From the IMG/VR virus record IMGVR_UViG_2526164599_000011: a stretch of DNA of 34,178 nt. One strand, 5' to 3'. This stretch comes from a virus (lineage: Duplodnaviria > Heunggongvirae > Uroviricota > Caudoviricetes). The translations under genes and the position numbers were made by a program. The notes below the pieces were generated by a model. It made no database searches and was not told where the DNA came from. It saw only the letters and a program-made list of their open reading frames with translations. Every line of letters begins with the position of its first letter. Positions within the stretch are counted from its first letter, which is position 1. Shown piece by piece: positions 1 through 7,921 of this stretch.

Positions 1-981
1 TTATAACGTCACTCCGCCTTTTAGTGGATTCAGAGCGACGGCGTTCTGCAGGTAGTCAGGCGCAAGGTGCGCATAGGTCATTGTCTGCTGAATGCTCGCA
101 TGCCCCAGAATCTGTTGCAGTGCAATTATGTTGCCCCCATTCATCATGAAATGGCTTGCGAATGTATGCCGCAGAATGTGGGTTGCCTGATTGGGAGGTA
201 TATCAGGTTTCACTCTGCGTAAAATCCCGCAAAACTTCTCATAATCTACCTTGAACAATTTGGCGCTGGCCTCCTCTTTAACTTTTTTCTCCAGTTCCTC
301 AGAAATCGGCACTGTTCGCTTTTTACCGTTTTTGGTTTTCAGGAAGGTAACCCTGCAACTTGTAATCTGTGCTGGTTTTAGTGTGGCAACTTCCGTCCAC
401 CTTCCTCCAGTGCTCAGACATAAAAGCGCGACAAGTAAGTCATCACCAGTCAAAACATTTAGCAGTTTTTCGATTTCTGCTTTTTCCAGGAACGTCATTT
501 CAGGGTTAGCCTCCGTCAGTGGCGGCAGTCCGTGAATTGGGTGTTGCCCGGAAAATTCATCCAATTGAATTAATTTTGTGAACATGCCGGATAATCGGTA
601 CATGTCGCGGTTTATCGTTGCAGCACTGATGCCATCACGTAGTCGCATGGAGCGATAATCCATCAAAGCCCTTTTGTTCATCCGACTCACTGGTATATCA
701 CCTATGCCGCTGATGGTTTTGAGCAGATGATTAAACTCTTTTGTCCCATGCTCGTGGTTTTGCCCGTGGTATTTCCACCAGATGTCGAGCAATTCTGTCA
801 AAGTTCGGCGGTCTGCTCGCTGGCCTCCCCATTCTTTCTGACTGGCATTGGCGATTGTGTATCGCTCAAATGCTAGTGCTTCAGCTTTTCTTTCAAATTT
901 CCTGCGGATGCGTTTTCCGTTGCGACCGCGAGGTCTAATGTCCACTTCATAGCGACCATCATCGAGCTTCTTAATTGCCAT
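1..981 (-). CDS. int: Phage integrase, tyrosine recombinase (P2 Int-like); alternative upstream ATG at 1011
   Basis: 336-aa minus-strand ORF whose stop codon is at window bases 1-3. C-terminal region has tyrosine-recombinase-like motifs (ILRHTFASHF, LGHASIQQTMTYAHL). ATG at 981 is preceded by GGAGGG; ATG at 1011 has no obvious SD. Lies directly downstream of repressor C as in P2. Confidence 0.9.
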   Translation of the reverse strand: MAIKKLDDGRYEVDIRPRGRNGKRIRRKFERKAEALAFERYTIANASQKEWGGQRADRRTLTELLDIWWKYHGQNHEHGTKEFNHLLKTISGIGDIPVSRMNKRALMDYRSMRLRDGISAATINRDMYRLSGMFTKLIQLDEFSGQHPIHGLPPLTEANPEMTFLEKAEIEKLLNVLTGDDLLVALLCLSTGGRWTEVATLKPAQITSCRVTFLKTKNGKKRTVPISEELEKKVKEEASAKLFKVDYEKFCGILRRVKPDIPPNQATHILRHTFASHFMMNGGNIIALQQILGHASIQQTMTYAHLAPDYLQNAVALNPLKGGVTL

Positions 982-1050
982 AAGAAAGCCCTCCGGCGCT
1001 GTATTCACCATCTTGGTGGCAAATGGTGAAAATGTAATTTTTATATAGAG

Positions 1051-1344
1051 TTAGCCAATCCTTTTCGCGGAGTGGTTGGATTCTGTTGACTCTGGCCCAC
1101 TGTGCGCGAGAGCCGGTGCGATTTGTCCCGCTTCCGGCGCTGTTTTATCTGTCATGAGCCATAGTGTGTATTTTTGGAACTGAGGTGCATTGGTGACCTG
1201 CAACACAACTTGGATGCCAGGGTCTTGATGGCCTCCTTCGTAATTCTTTAGCGTTCCTAACGCTATGCCGCTGATTTCACTGAATTTTGCTTGAGTTAGC
1301 CCTTCCGATTGTCTTATTGCTCTTAATTTCTGTGCGATATTCAT
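1051..1344 (-). CDS. C: Immunity repressor, P2 C-like HTH protein
   Basis: 97-aa ORF (P2 C is about 99 aa) with HTH-like N-terminus (LTQAKFSEISGIALGTLKNYEGG) and the segment PQFQKYTLWLMTDKTAPEAGQIAPALAH that I recall as typical of P2-family C repressors. Sits immediately upstream of int and divergent from cox. Confidence 0.8.
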   Translation of the reverse strand: MNIAQKLRAIRQSEGLTQAKFSEISGIALGTLKNYEGGHQDPGIQVVLQVTNAPQFQKYTLWLMTDKTAPEAGQIAPALAHSGPESTESNHSAKRIG

Positions 1345-1480
1345 TTGACATAGTCCTGACTTAATGACTATATTCCCCGAAAAAGGTCATTAATCCAGAA
1401 CCTTTTCGGGCGTGAGTCCAGCGCCGCTTAAACGGTTCCAAGCGGTTTTTAAGGGGCTGGATCCTATGAGGGTAACATAG
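1345..1480. promoter_or_regulatory. Lysis-lysogeny switch region between C and cox (expected early and repressor promoters and operators)
   Basis: Position only: 136-bp intergenic spacer between divergent C and cox, which in P2-like phages holds the Pe/Pc promoters and C operators. No specific promoter hexamers or operator repeats identified by eye. Confidence 0.4.
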
Positions 1481-1753
1481 ATGGAAGTTAATGATTATGT
1501 GATTAAGTACCCGCTTGATGCGGTACATGCGGAAAAGTTTGCAGATTTATTGGGTAAACCAAAAACCGCAGTTACAGAAATGATAAAGGCTAACAAGCTA
1601 CCGGTTATCGAGCTTCGAGATCCAAATAAGCCGAAGGCCCGCGCCGGTGAGAAATGGGTTTTCATTCCAGAGTTTAATCGCGCTGTACGTGAGGCGTTTT
1701 ATAACCGACCGGTTGAACAGCGTGATGCATGGCTTTTGTGGATGGGGTTGTGA
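1481..1753 (+). CDS. cox: Cox-like excisionase / transcriptional regulator
   Basis: 90-aa ORF (P2 Cox 91 aa), first gene of the rightward early operon; contains KLPVIELRDPNK...GEKWVFIP and C-terminal DAWLLWMGL resembling P2 Cox. Confidence 0.8.
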   Translation: MEVNDYVIKYPLDAVHAEKFADLLGKPKTAVTEMIKANKLPVIELRDPNKPKARAGEKWVFIPEFNRAVREAFYNRPVEQRDAWLLWMGL

Positions 1754-1755
1754 TT

Positions 1756-1926
1756 ATGAATGAGCCGCGTTGTATTGCGCAGTTACTGCGTAACGAAAGC
1801 CCCAGGGCGATTGACTTCACCATCACCCACGGTAAGGGGCGTAAGGGAATCATTATCCGCACCAAAAAACAGAGTCCGTTAAAAAAGGCTCTGAACTTTC
1901 TGAAAAGCCGGAGGGTCTGGAAATGA
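1756..1926 (+). CDS. Small hypothetical early protein (position of P2 orf78)
   Basis: ATG at 1756 overlaps the cox stop (TGA 1751-1753); 56 codons ending at 1926 just before B. Supported by position only. Confidence 0.4.
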   Translation: MNEPRCIAQLLRNESPRAIDFTITHGKGRKGIIIRTKKQSPLKKALNFLKSRRVWK

Positions 1927-2423
1927 CAGTGATGACACTTAATCTCGTCGAAAAACAGCCAGCAGCTATGCGCCGGATAATTGGTAAGCATCTGGCCGTC
2001 CCTCGCTGGCAGGAGACATGTGATTATTATAATCAGATGATGGAACGTGAACGGCTAACGGTTTGCTTCCATGCGCAGTTAAAACAACGTCACGCAACGA
2101 TGCGTTTCGAAGAAATGAACGATGTCGAACGTGAACGGCTGGTTTGTGCAATTGATGAATTGCGTGGGGCATTCTCAAAACGCCGTCAGGTCGGTGCAAG
2201 TGAGTATGCATATATTAGTTTTTTAACAGTCAGTCAGCGGCGTACTTTATTTATGCATGCCAGATTGACAGAAAAAGAATTCAACCAGCCATACTGGCTA
2301 ATTAATGAAAAATCATGTTACTGGCGTGATGCTTTATTCCGTGCATTACGTGAATTATTCAGTCTGTTTGAGTATGCACCGACAATTCTGACATCGGTAA
2401 AACCAGAGCAATATCTGCATTAA
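1923..2423 (+). CDS. B: Replication gene B protein (P2 gpB-like, helicase-loader function)
   Basis: 166-aa ORF, exactly the length of P2 gpB, in the expected position between cox and A. Confidence 0.8.
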   Translation: MTVMTLNLVEKQPAAMRRIIGKHLAVPRWQETCDYYNQMMERERLTVCFHAQLKQRHATMRFEEMNDVERERLVCAIDELRGAFSKRRQVGASEYAYISFLTVSQRRTLFMHARLTEKEFNQPYWLINEKSCYWRDALFRALRELFSLFEYAPTILTSVKPEQYLH

Positions 2424-2486
2424 GCAATTAACCAGAGTTTTTAACGCACTTAATTGTGCGGGGCTTCTTTTTGCCTGGAGAAAGTC

Positions 2487-2711
2487 ATGCATACAGTTTC
2501 TGAAAATCAGTGCGGTAAATACGCATTACTACTGCAACAGGCCAGAACCGAAGCACAGGCCGACGCTGCGACGCGCTTTTCTTCTCATCTTGACGCCATG
2601 ATTCGCCACATCACAAAGGCGGAGTTATCCCGCGTGGAGATAGTTGAGCTGCTCAGTCAGGAGTCGGAAAAATTTCACAATATCGGATTGTCTCGCGGGG
2701 AGGTGCTTTGA
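2487..2711 (+). CDS. Hypothetical early protein (P2 orf80-like position)
   Basis: ATG at 2487 preceded by GGAG; 74 aa; stop overlaps the next start (TGATG at 2709-2713). Confidence 0.5.
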   Translation: MHTVSENQCGKYALLLQQARTEAQADAATRFSSHLDAMIRHITKAELSRVEIVELLSQESEKFHNIGLSRGEVL

Positions 2712-3013
2712 TGTCCTGTTCTCGTTCGGTTGTATTACTGAATAACGCCTTAAAAATCGCCGTTATGAAAAATGGTGATTTGTCTCTTATTCAACTTGGT
2801 ATTGATAAAGAGAAGCGCGAAATAACTGAATCTGTTATCGCGATTTATCAGAGTGAATTAAACCTCCTGTCTGATGTGGTCAATTTACTTGTTAAACGCG
2901 CTGTATTCCACAAGCAAATTTCCTCAGTGGATGAACTGACAAAATTAACGACAGAACTCGCCAGTTATTGCGCTGATGAATTTAAGAAGCTGAACGACAA
3001 AAGGAGCTGGTAA
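2711..3013 (+). CDS. Hypothetical early protein (P2 orf81-like position)
   Basis: ATG at 2711 translationally coupled to the preceding ORF; 100 aa; ends at 3013 just before the next start. Confidence 0.5.
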   Translation: MSCSRSVVLLNNALKIAVMKNGDLSLIQLGIDKEKREITESVIAIYQSELNLLSDVVNLLVKRAVFHKQISSVDELTKLTTELASYCADEFKKLNDKRSW

Positions 3014-3237
3014 TGCCGGACAACGTGGATTTTATTCAGGAACAACAGGCTGAATTACTGGAGCGCCAGATTAACGCGGCAAGGGTAAAACATTGCGGTG
3101 TTTCTGCGCTGGTTTGCGAAGAGTGTGACGCGCCAATACCTGCTGCCCGTCGTGCGGCTTATCCGTCAGCCACGCGTTGTGTTTCCTGTCAGTCAGTCTT
3201 TGAAGCAAAAAACAAACATTACCGGAGAACGGCATGA
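3013..3237 (+). CDS. TraR/DksA-family C4 zinc-finger protein (P2 orf82-like)
   Basis: 74 aa with CxxC...CxxC arrangement (CEECDAPIPAARRAAYPSATRCVSC), characteristic of TraR/DksA zinc fingers encoded in P2-like early operons. Confidence 0.65.
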   Translation: MPDNVDFIQEQQAELLERQINAARVKHCGVSALVCEECDAPIPAARRAAYPSATRCVSCQSVFEAKNKHYRRTA

Positions 3238-3509
3238 GTATTCGTATTGAAATTGGCGAACGTTATGTCGTTACCAGTGACAGCTTTCAGTTTATTCTCC
3301 ACGAGAAAAAGAGAGCGGAAAGCGGTAAAAACGCCGGTCAGGAATGGCTGGCGGTGGTTGGTTATTACCCGAAATTAGGCCAGCTCGTTTCCGGCCTGAT
3401 GCATCACGATATTCTGACCGGAAGCGCAAAATCTTTTGCTGATTTAAACGCGCAGGTTGAGCAACTCAGCAAGCGTTGTTCAGAGGCTTTTGGCTCATAT
3501 GGCCGTTAA
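3234..3509 (+). CDS. Hypothetical early protein (P2 orf83-like position)
   Basis: 91-aa ORF; its start overlaps the previous stop and its end overlaps the A start. Confidence 0.5.
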   Translation: MSIRIEIGERYVVTSDSFQFILHEKKRAESGKNAGQEWLAVVGYYPKLGQLVSGLMHHDILTGSAKSFADLNAQVEQLSKRCSEAFGSYGR

Positions 3510-5775
3510 AGCCTCCGGGCGTTTTGTCCCTCCGTCAGCATTTACCGCAGGCACCGGTAAGGCGTTTACCGGTGCTTATGCATGGAACGCGCCACGCGAG
3601 GCTGTCGGGCGCGAAAGACCTCTTACACGTGACGAGATGCGTCAGGTGCAAGGTGTTTTATCCACGATTAACCGCCTGCCTTACTTTTTGCGCTCGCTGT
3701 TTACTTCACGCTATGACTACATCCGGCGCAATAAAAGCCCGGTGCACGGGTTTTATTTCCTCACATCCACTTTTCAGCGTCGTTTATGGCCGCGCATTGA
3801 GCGTGTGAATCAGCGCCATGAAATGAACACCGACGCGTCGTTGCTGTTTCTGGCAGAGCGTGACCACTATGCGCGCCTGCCGGGAATGAATGACAAGGAG
3901 CTGAAAAAGTTTGCCGCCCGTATCTCATCGCAGCTTTTCATGATGTATGAGGAACTCTGCGATGCATGGGTTGATGCGCATGGTGAAAAAGAATCGCTGT
4001 TTACGGATGAGGCGCAGGCTCACCTGTATGGTCATGTTGCTGGCGCTGCACGTGCTTTCAATATTTCCCCGCTCTACTGGAAAAAATACCGTAAAGGACA
4101 GATGACCACGAGGCAGGCATATTCTGCCATTGCCCGTCTGTTTAACGATGAGTGGTGGACTCATCAGCTTAAAGGCCAGCGTATGCGCTGGCATGAAGCG
4201 TTACTGATAGCTGTCGGGGAGGTCAATAAAGACCGTTCTCCTTATGCCAGTAAACACGCCATTCGTGATGTGCGTGCGCGCCGCCAGGCAAATCTGGAAT
4301 TTCTTAAATCGTGTGACCTTGAAAACAGGGAAACCGGCGAGCGCATCGACCTTATCAGTAAGGTGATGGGCAGTATTTCTAATCCTGAAATTCGCCGGAT
4401 GGAGCTGATGAACACCATTGCCGGTATTGAGCGTTACGCCGCCGCAGAGGGCGATGTGGGGATGTTTATCACGCTGACCGCACCGTCAAAGTATCACCCG
4501 ACACGTCAGGTCGGAAAAGGCGAAAGTAAAACCGTGCAGCTTAATCACGGCTGGAACGATGAGGCATTTAATCCAAAGGATGCGCAGCGTTATCTCTGCC
4601 GTATCTGGAGCCTGATGCGCACGGCATTCAAGGATAATGATTTACAGGTTTACGGTTTGCGAGTCGTCGAGCCACACCACGACGGAACGCCGCACTGGCA
4701 TATGATGCTTTTTTGTAATCCACGCCAGCGTAACCAGATTATTGAAATCATGCGTCGCTACGCGCTCAAAGAGGATGGCGACGAAAGAGGAGCTGCGCGA
4801 AACCGTTTTCAGGCAAAACACCTTAACCGGGGCGGTGCTGCGGGATATATCGCGAAATACATTTCAAAAAACATCGACGGCTATGCACTGGATGGTCAGC
4901 TCGATAACGATACCGGCAGGCCGCTGAAAGACACTGCCGCGGCTGTTACCGCATGGGCGTCAACGTGGCGCATTCCGCAATTTAAAACGGTTGGCCTGCC
5001 GACAATGGGGGCTTACCGTGAACTACGCAAATTGCCTCGCGGCGTCAGCATTGCTGATGAGTTTGACGAGCGCGTCGAGGCTGCACGCGCCGCCGCAGAC
5101 AGTGGTGATTTTGCGTTGTATATCAGCGCGCAGGGTGGGGCAAATGTCCCGCGCGATTGTCAGACTGTCAGGGTCGCCCGTAGCCCGTCGGATGACGTTA
5201 ACGAGTACGAGGAAGAAGTCGAGAGAGTGGTCGGCATTTACGCGCCGCATCTCGGCGCGCGTCATATTCATATCACCAGAACGACGGACTGGCGCATTGT
5301 GCCGAAAGTTCCGGTCGTTGAGCCTTTGACTTTAAAAAGCGGCATCGCCGCGCCTCGGAGTCCTGTCAATAACTGTGGAAAGCTCACCGGTGGTGATACT
5401 TCGTTACCGGCTCCCACACCTTCTGAGCACGCCGCAGCAGTGCTTAATCTGGTTGATGACGGTGTTATCGAATGGAATGACCCGGAGGTCGTGAGGGCGC
5501 TCAAAAGCGCATTAAAACACGGCCTGAGAAGACCAAACCGTCAGCAAAGAAACGGAAACCCGTTAAAACCACATGAAATTGCACCATCGGCCAGACTGAG
5601 CCGGTCGGAGCGATTGCAAATCACCCGTATCCGCGTTGACCTTGCTCAGAATGGAATCTTGCCCCAGCGATGGGAGCTTGAGGCGCTGGCGCGTGGGGCA
5701 ACCGTAAATTATGACGGGAAAAAATTCACGTATCCGGTTGCTGATGAGTGGTCGGTTTTTTCAATTAAACAATAA
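3499..5775 (+). CDS. A: Replication initiation protein A (rolling-circle HUH-type endonuclease, P2 gpA-like)
   Basis: 758 codons from ATG 3499 (ORF extends upstream to 3457); P2 gpA is about 761 aa. HUH-like motif PHWHMMLF and the tyrosine-bearing segment GYIAKYISKNIDGY are present. Last gene of the early operon. Confidence 0.85.
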   Translation: MAVKASGRFVPPSAFTAGTGKAFTGAYAWNAPREAVGRERPLTRDEMRQVQGVLSTINRLPYFLRSLFTSRYDYIRRNKSPVHGFYFLTSTFQRRLWPRIERVNQRHEMNTDASLLFLAERDHYARLPGMNDKELKKFAARISSQLFMMYEELCDAWVDAHGEKESLFTDEAQAHLYGHVAGAARAFNISPLYWKKYRKGQMTTRQAYSAIARLFNDEWWTHQLKGQRMRWHEALLIAVGEVNKDRSPYASKHAIRDVRARRQANLEFLKSCDLENRETGERIDLISKVMGSISNPEIRRMELMNTIAGIERYAAAEGDVGMFITLTAPSKYHPTRQVGKGESKTVQLNHGWNDEAFNPKDAQRYLCRIWSLMRTAFKDNDLQVYGLRVVEPHHDGTPHWHMMLFCNPRQRNQIIEIMRRYALKEDGDERGAARNRFQAKHLNRGGAAGYIAKYISKNIDGYALDGQLDNDTGRPLKDTAAAVTAWASTWRIPQFKTVGLPTMGAYRELRKLPRGVSIADEFDERVEAARAAADSGDFALYISAQGGANVPRDCQTVRVARSPSDDVNEYEEEVERVVGIYAPHLGARHIHITRTTDWRIVPKVPVVEPLTLKSGIAAPRSPVNNCGKLTGGDTSLPAPTPSEHAAAVLNLVDDGVIEWNDPEVVRALKSALKHGLRRPNRQQRNGNPLKPHEIAPSARLSRSERLQITRIRVDLAQNGILPQRWELEALARGATVNYDGKKFTYPVADEWSVFSIKQ

Positions 5776-5919
5776 TGGCTACTGCCGCAGCGTTGTGGGA
5801 ATGCTATAGTGTTTGTAGAATTATCCCATGAAAAACAACTAATTAATCTGTTTTTCATATTGAACTAATTTTTTATGGCCACAGTTGTTAAAAAGTGAGA
5901 ACATAATCTTGTTCAAAAC

Positions 5920-5960
5920 CTGCTTCTATATACGGAGGCTTTCGCTATAATACGCGGTCG
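5920..5960 (+). promoter_or_regulatory. Putative sigma70-type promoter for the methyltransferase gene
   Basis: TATAAT at 5946-5951 inside an AT-rich tract, about 25 nt upstream of ATG 5977; -35 element is weak (CTTCTA around 5923-5928). Strong SD AGGAGG at 5966-5971. Confidence 0.25.
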
Positions 5961-5976
5961 GTTTTAGGAGGGGATA

Positions 5977-6921
5977 ATGCCAACAGTAGTTTCACTTTTT
6001 TCTGGATGCGGTGGTTCCGATGCGGGGGTTCTGAGAGCTGGCTTTGATGTGCTTATGGCCAACGATATCTTGCCGTATGCGCGCGATGTTTATATTGCCA
6101 ATCATCCAGAAACTGATTACATTTTAGGCAATATTGCTGATGTAACTACTTTTCCTAAATCTGATTTGCTAGTAGGTTGTTATCCATGTCAGGGATTCAG
6201 CCAGGGTGGTGCGCGTAAGGCCGATCGAAAAATTAATACTCTTTATTTAGAGTTTGCTAGAGCTTTAAACAATATAAAGCCTAAAGCTTTTATAGTAGAA
6301 AACGTGTCTGGTATGGTTAGAAAAAACTTCGAGCATTTGTTATCTGACCAGATCAGGGTTTTTACTGAAGCAGGTTATGCTGTTTCAGCAAAAGTTTTGA
6401 ATGCGGCTGAATATGGAGTAGCGCAGGAAAGAAAAAGAATATTTATCGTAGGAATCCGTAATGATTTCAAAGTTAAGTACGAGTTCCCTCAGCCAACTCA
6501 TGGGCCGGCGACTGGCGTCAACTATGTTACTATTAAAGATGCTATAGGGCATTTACCTGAATGGCCAGAAGGTGAATTTTATGATATGGGGTTCCATTGG
6601 TATTATATGTCTCGCAATCGTCGCCAAGATTGGGATCAAATTTCAAAGACAATAGTTGCTAATGCAAGGCATATGCCGTTGCATCCTATCAGTCCTTCGA
6701 TGGAGAAAGTAAGAACTGATGAATGGAGGTTTGTTGAGGATCGGAGAGCTCGCAGATTCAGTTTTCGAGAGGCAGCACTATTACAAGGGTTTGAGGATCT
6801 AGTGTTTCCCGAAACAAATGCTGCAAGTCTTGGCATGAAATACACGGTGGTTGGTAATGCAGTGCCTCCGCCGCTTTTTGAAGCTGTAACGAAGGCATTG
6901 CCAATAGAATTATGGGATTGA
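5977..6921 (+). CDS. DNA (cytosine-5)-methyltransferase
   Basis: 314 aa with canonical C5-MTase motifs: FSGCGG (motif I, AdoMet binding), GCYPCQGFSQGG (motif IV, catalytic PCQ), ENV (motif VI), QERKR (motif VIII), GNAVPPPL near the C-terminus (motif X). Strong SD; gene is visibly more AT-rich than the phage backbone. Confidence 0.9.
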   Translation: MPTVVSLFSGCGGSDAGVLRAGFDVLMANDILPYARDVYIANHPETDYILGNIADVTTFPKSDLLVGCYPCQGFSQGGARKADRKINTLYLEFARALNNIKPKAFIVENVSGMVRKNFEHLLSDQIRVFTEAGYAVSAKVLNAAEYGVAQERKRIFIVGIRNDFKVKYEFPQPTHGPATGVNYVTIKDAIGHLPEWPEGEFYDMGFHWYYMSRNRRQDWDQISKTIVANARHMPLHPISPSMEKVRTDEWRFVEDRRARRFSFREAALLQGFEDLVFPETNAASLGMKYTVVGNAVPPPLFEAVTKALPIELWD

Positions 6922-6928
6922 TAAGCTA

Positions 6929-7921
6929 TTAAGGCTCTGGATTTAATGTATAAAGTTCTTCTTCAAATTCGCGAAACCAATCAGAGGTAGTTATCGCTTC
7001 CCATTGGTTTGCCTTATCAAGTAGATATATGATCCTCAACCTATCTAATAATAATACACCAGCGGTTGCATGTGTGCTTACCCATTCGCCATTTGCTTCC
7101 CGATAGAAAACAGGCGTGAACATTGTTGATGGATGCTGGAAAGCAATTTGGAAATAGGTGGTCAGTTTTAACACGTTAGCCTCTAATGTTTTGCTTGGCC
7201 ACCCTGTTTCTTGTGCACCACATTGACCAAGAATTCCATAGTTGCTAGTTTGACCATCAGGAAATTCCACTGTAGCAATTAGGTCAAACCCAGCATCACC
7301 AGATGTGGGAGCTTTATTTATTTCCCTTGTGTTTAAACTACAAACTCCAAGATCTTTTCCTAAAATTTGTAGAGCATTCCGAAGATTCGTTCCATAATAT
7401 TTTTGCCTATCATCGGAGTTAGCATCAAAAATTCTTACGGTGCCATGTGCAGGTAAGAGAGAAATCATTGCAACTTTACATACTCTGGCAAAGCTCTTTG
7501 CCCAACGTTGTGCTGCTCCTCTAATCGACTTAAAGGATCTAAGTCTAGAGCAACAAAGGAGAAAAACATATATTCTTTGTTGTTGGTTTAGATTTTCTTT
7601 AATAATTATCTCATCACCTGAAATTATAAATGGATATATCTTTCCAAGAGCGCTTTCTCTATATTCGAGTTGTGTCCAAACATCTTCTAGTTGCTCTTCA
7701 AAACGATCATTTCTCTCTGCGTCTCCATCAATTTCTTCTTCAAAATTACATTCTTCATCAATTTCTTCAACACTTGTCATGCCGAATTTTCTTACTGAAT
7801 CTAAATCATTTTTATGCAGAGAGTTACGTCCGATATAATTAATCACCGTGAGTAACTCGGCTAAATCTGCAAACAAATGGGGAGAGTTGGGATGCATAAC
7901 TCCTACTTCAAAAGTCATCAT
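6929..7921 (-). CDS. Hypothetical protein, family not recognised; convergent with the MTase, downstream partner of the ParB-like gene
   Basis: About 330 aa; GTG at 7924 then ATGs at 7921 and 7918; start overlaps the stop of the upstream ParB-like gene (TGA 7908-7910). Acidic N-terminal region (EEIDEECNFEEEIDGDAERNDRFEEQLED). Stop TAA at 6929-6931 is 7 nt from the MTase stop. AT-rich. Confidence 0.7.
   Translation of the reverse strand: MMTFEVGVMHPNSPHLFADLAELLTVINYIGRNSLHKNDLDSVRKFGMTSVEEIDEECNFEEEIDGDAERNDRFEEQLEDVWTQLEYRESALGKIYPFIISGDEIIIKENLNQQQRIYVFLLCCSRLRSFKSIRGAAQRWAKSFARVCKVAMISLLPAHGTVRIFDANSDDRQKYYGTNLRNALQILGKDLGVCSLNTREINKAPTSGDAGFDLIATVEFPDGQTSNYGILGQCGAQETGWPSKTLEANVLKLTTYFQIAFQHPSTMFTPVFYREANGEWVSTHATAGVLLLDRLRIIYLLDKANQWEAITTSDWFREFEEELYTLNPEP

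Noticed and set aside
1729-1926. Start of the small ORF at 1729, overlapping the cox C-terminus
   Set aside because: The in-frame ATG at 1756 directly after the cox stop is the more plausible start; the upstream extension would overlap cox by 25 nt without need.
3476-3808. 110-aa ORF overlapping the start of gene A in another frame
   Set aside because: Alternative-frame overlap within the conserved A gene with no independent support.
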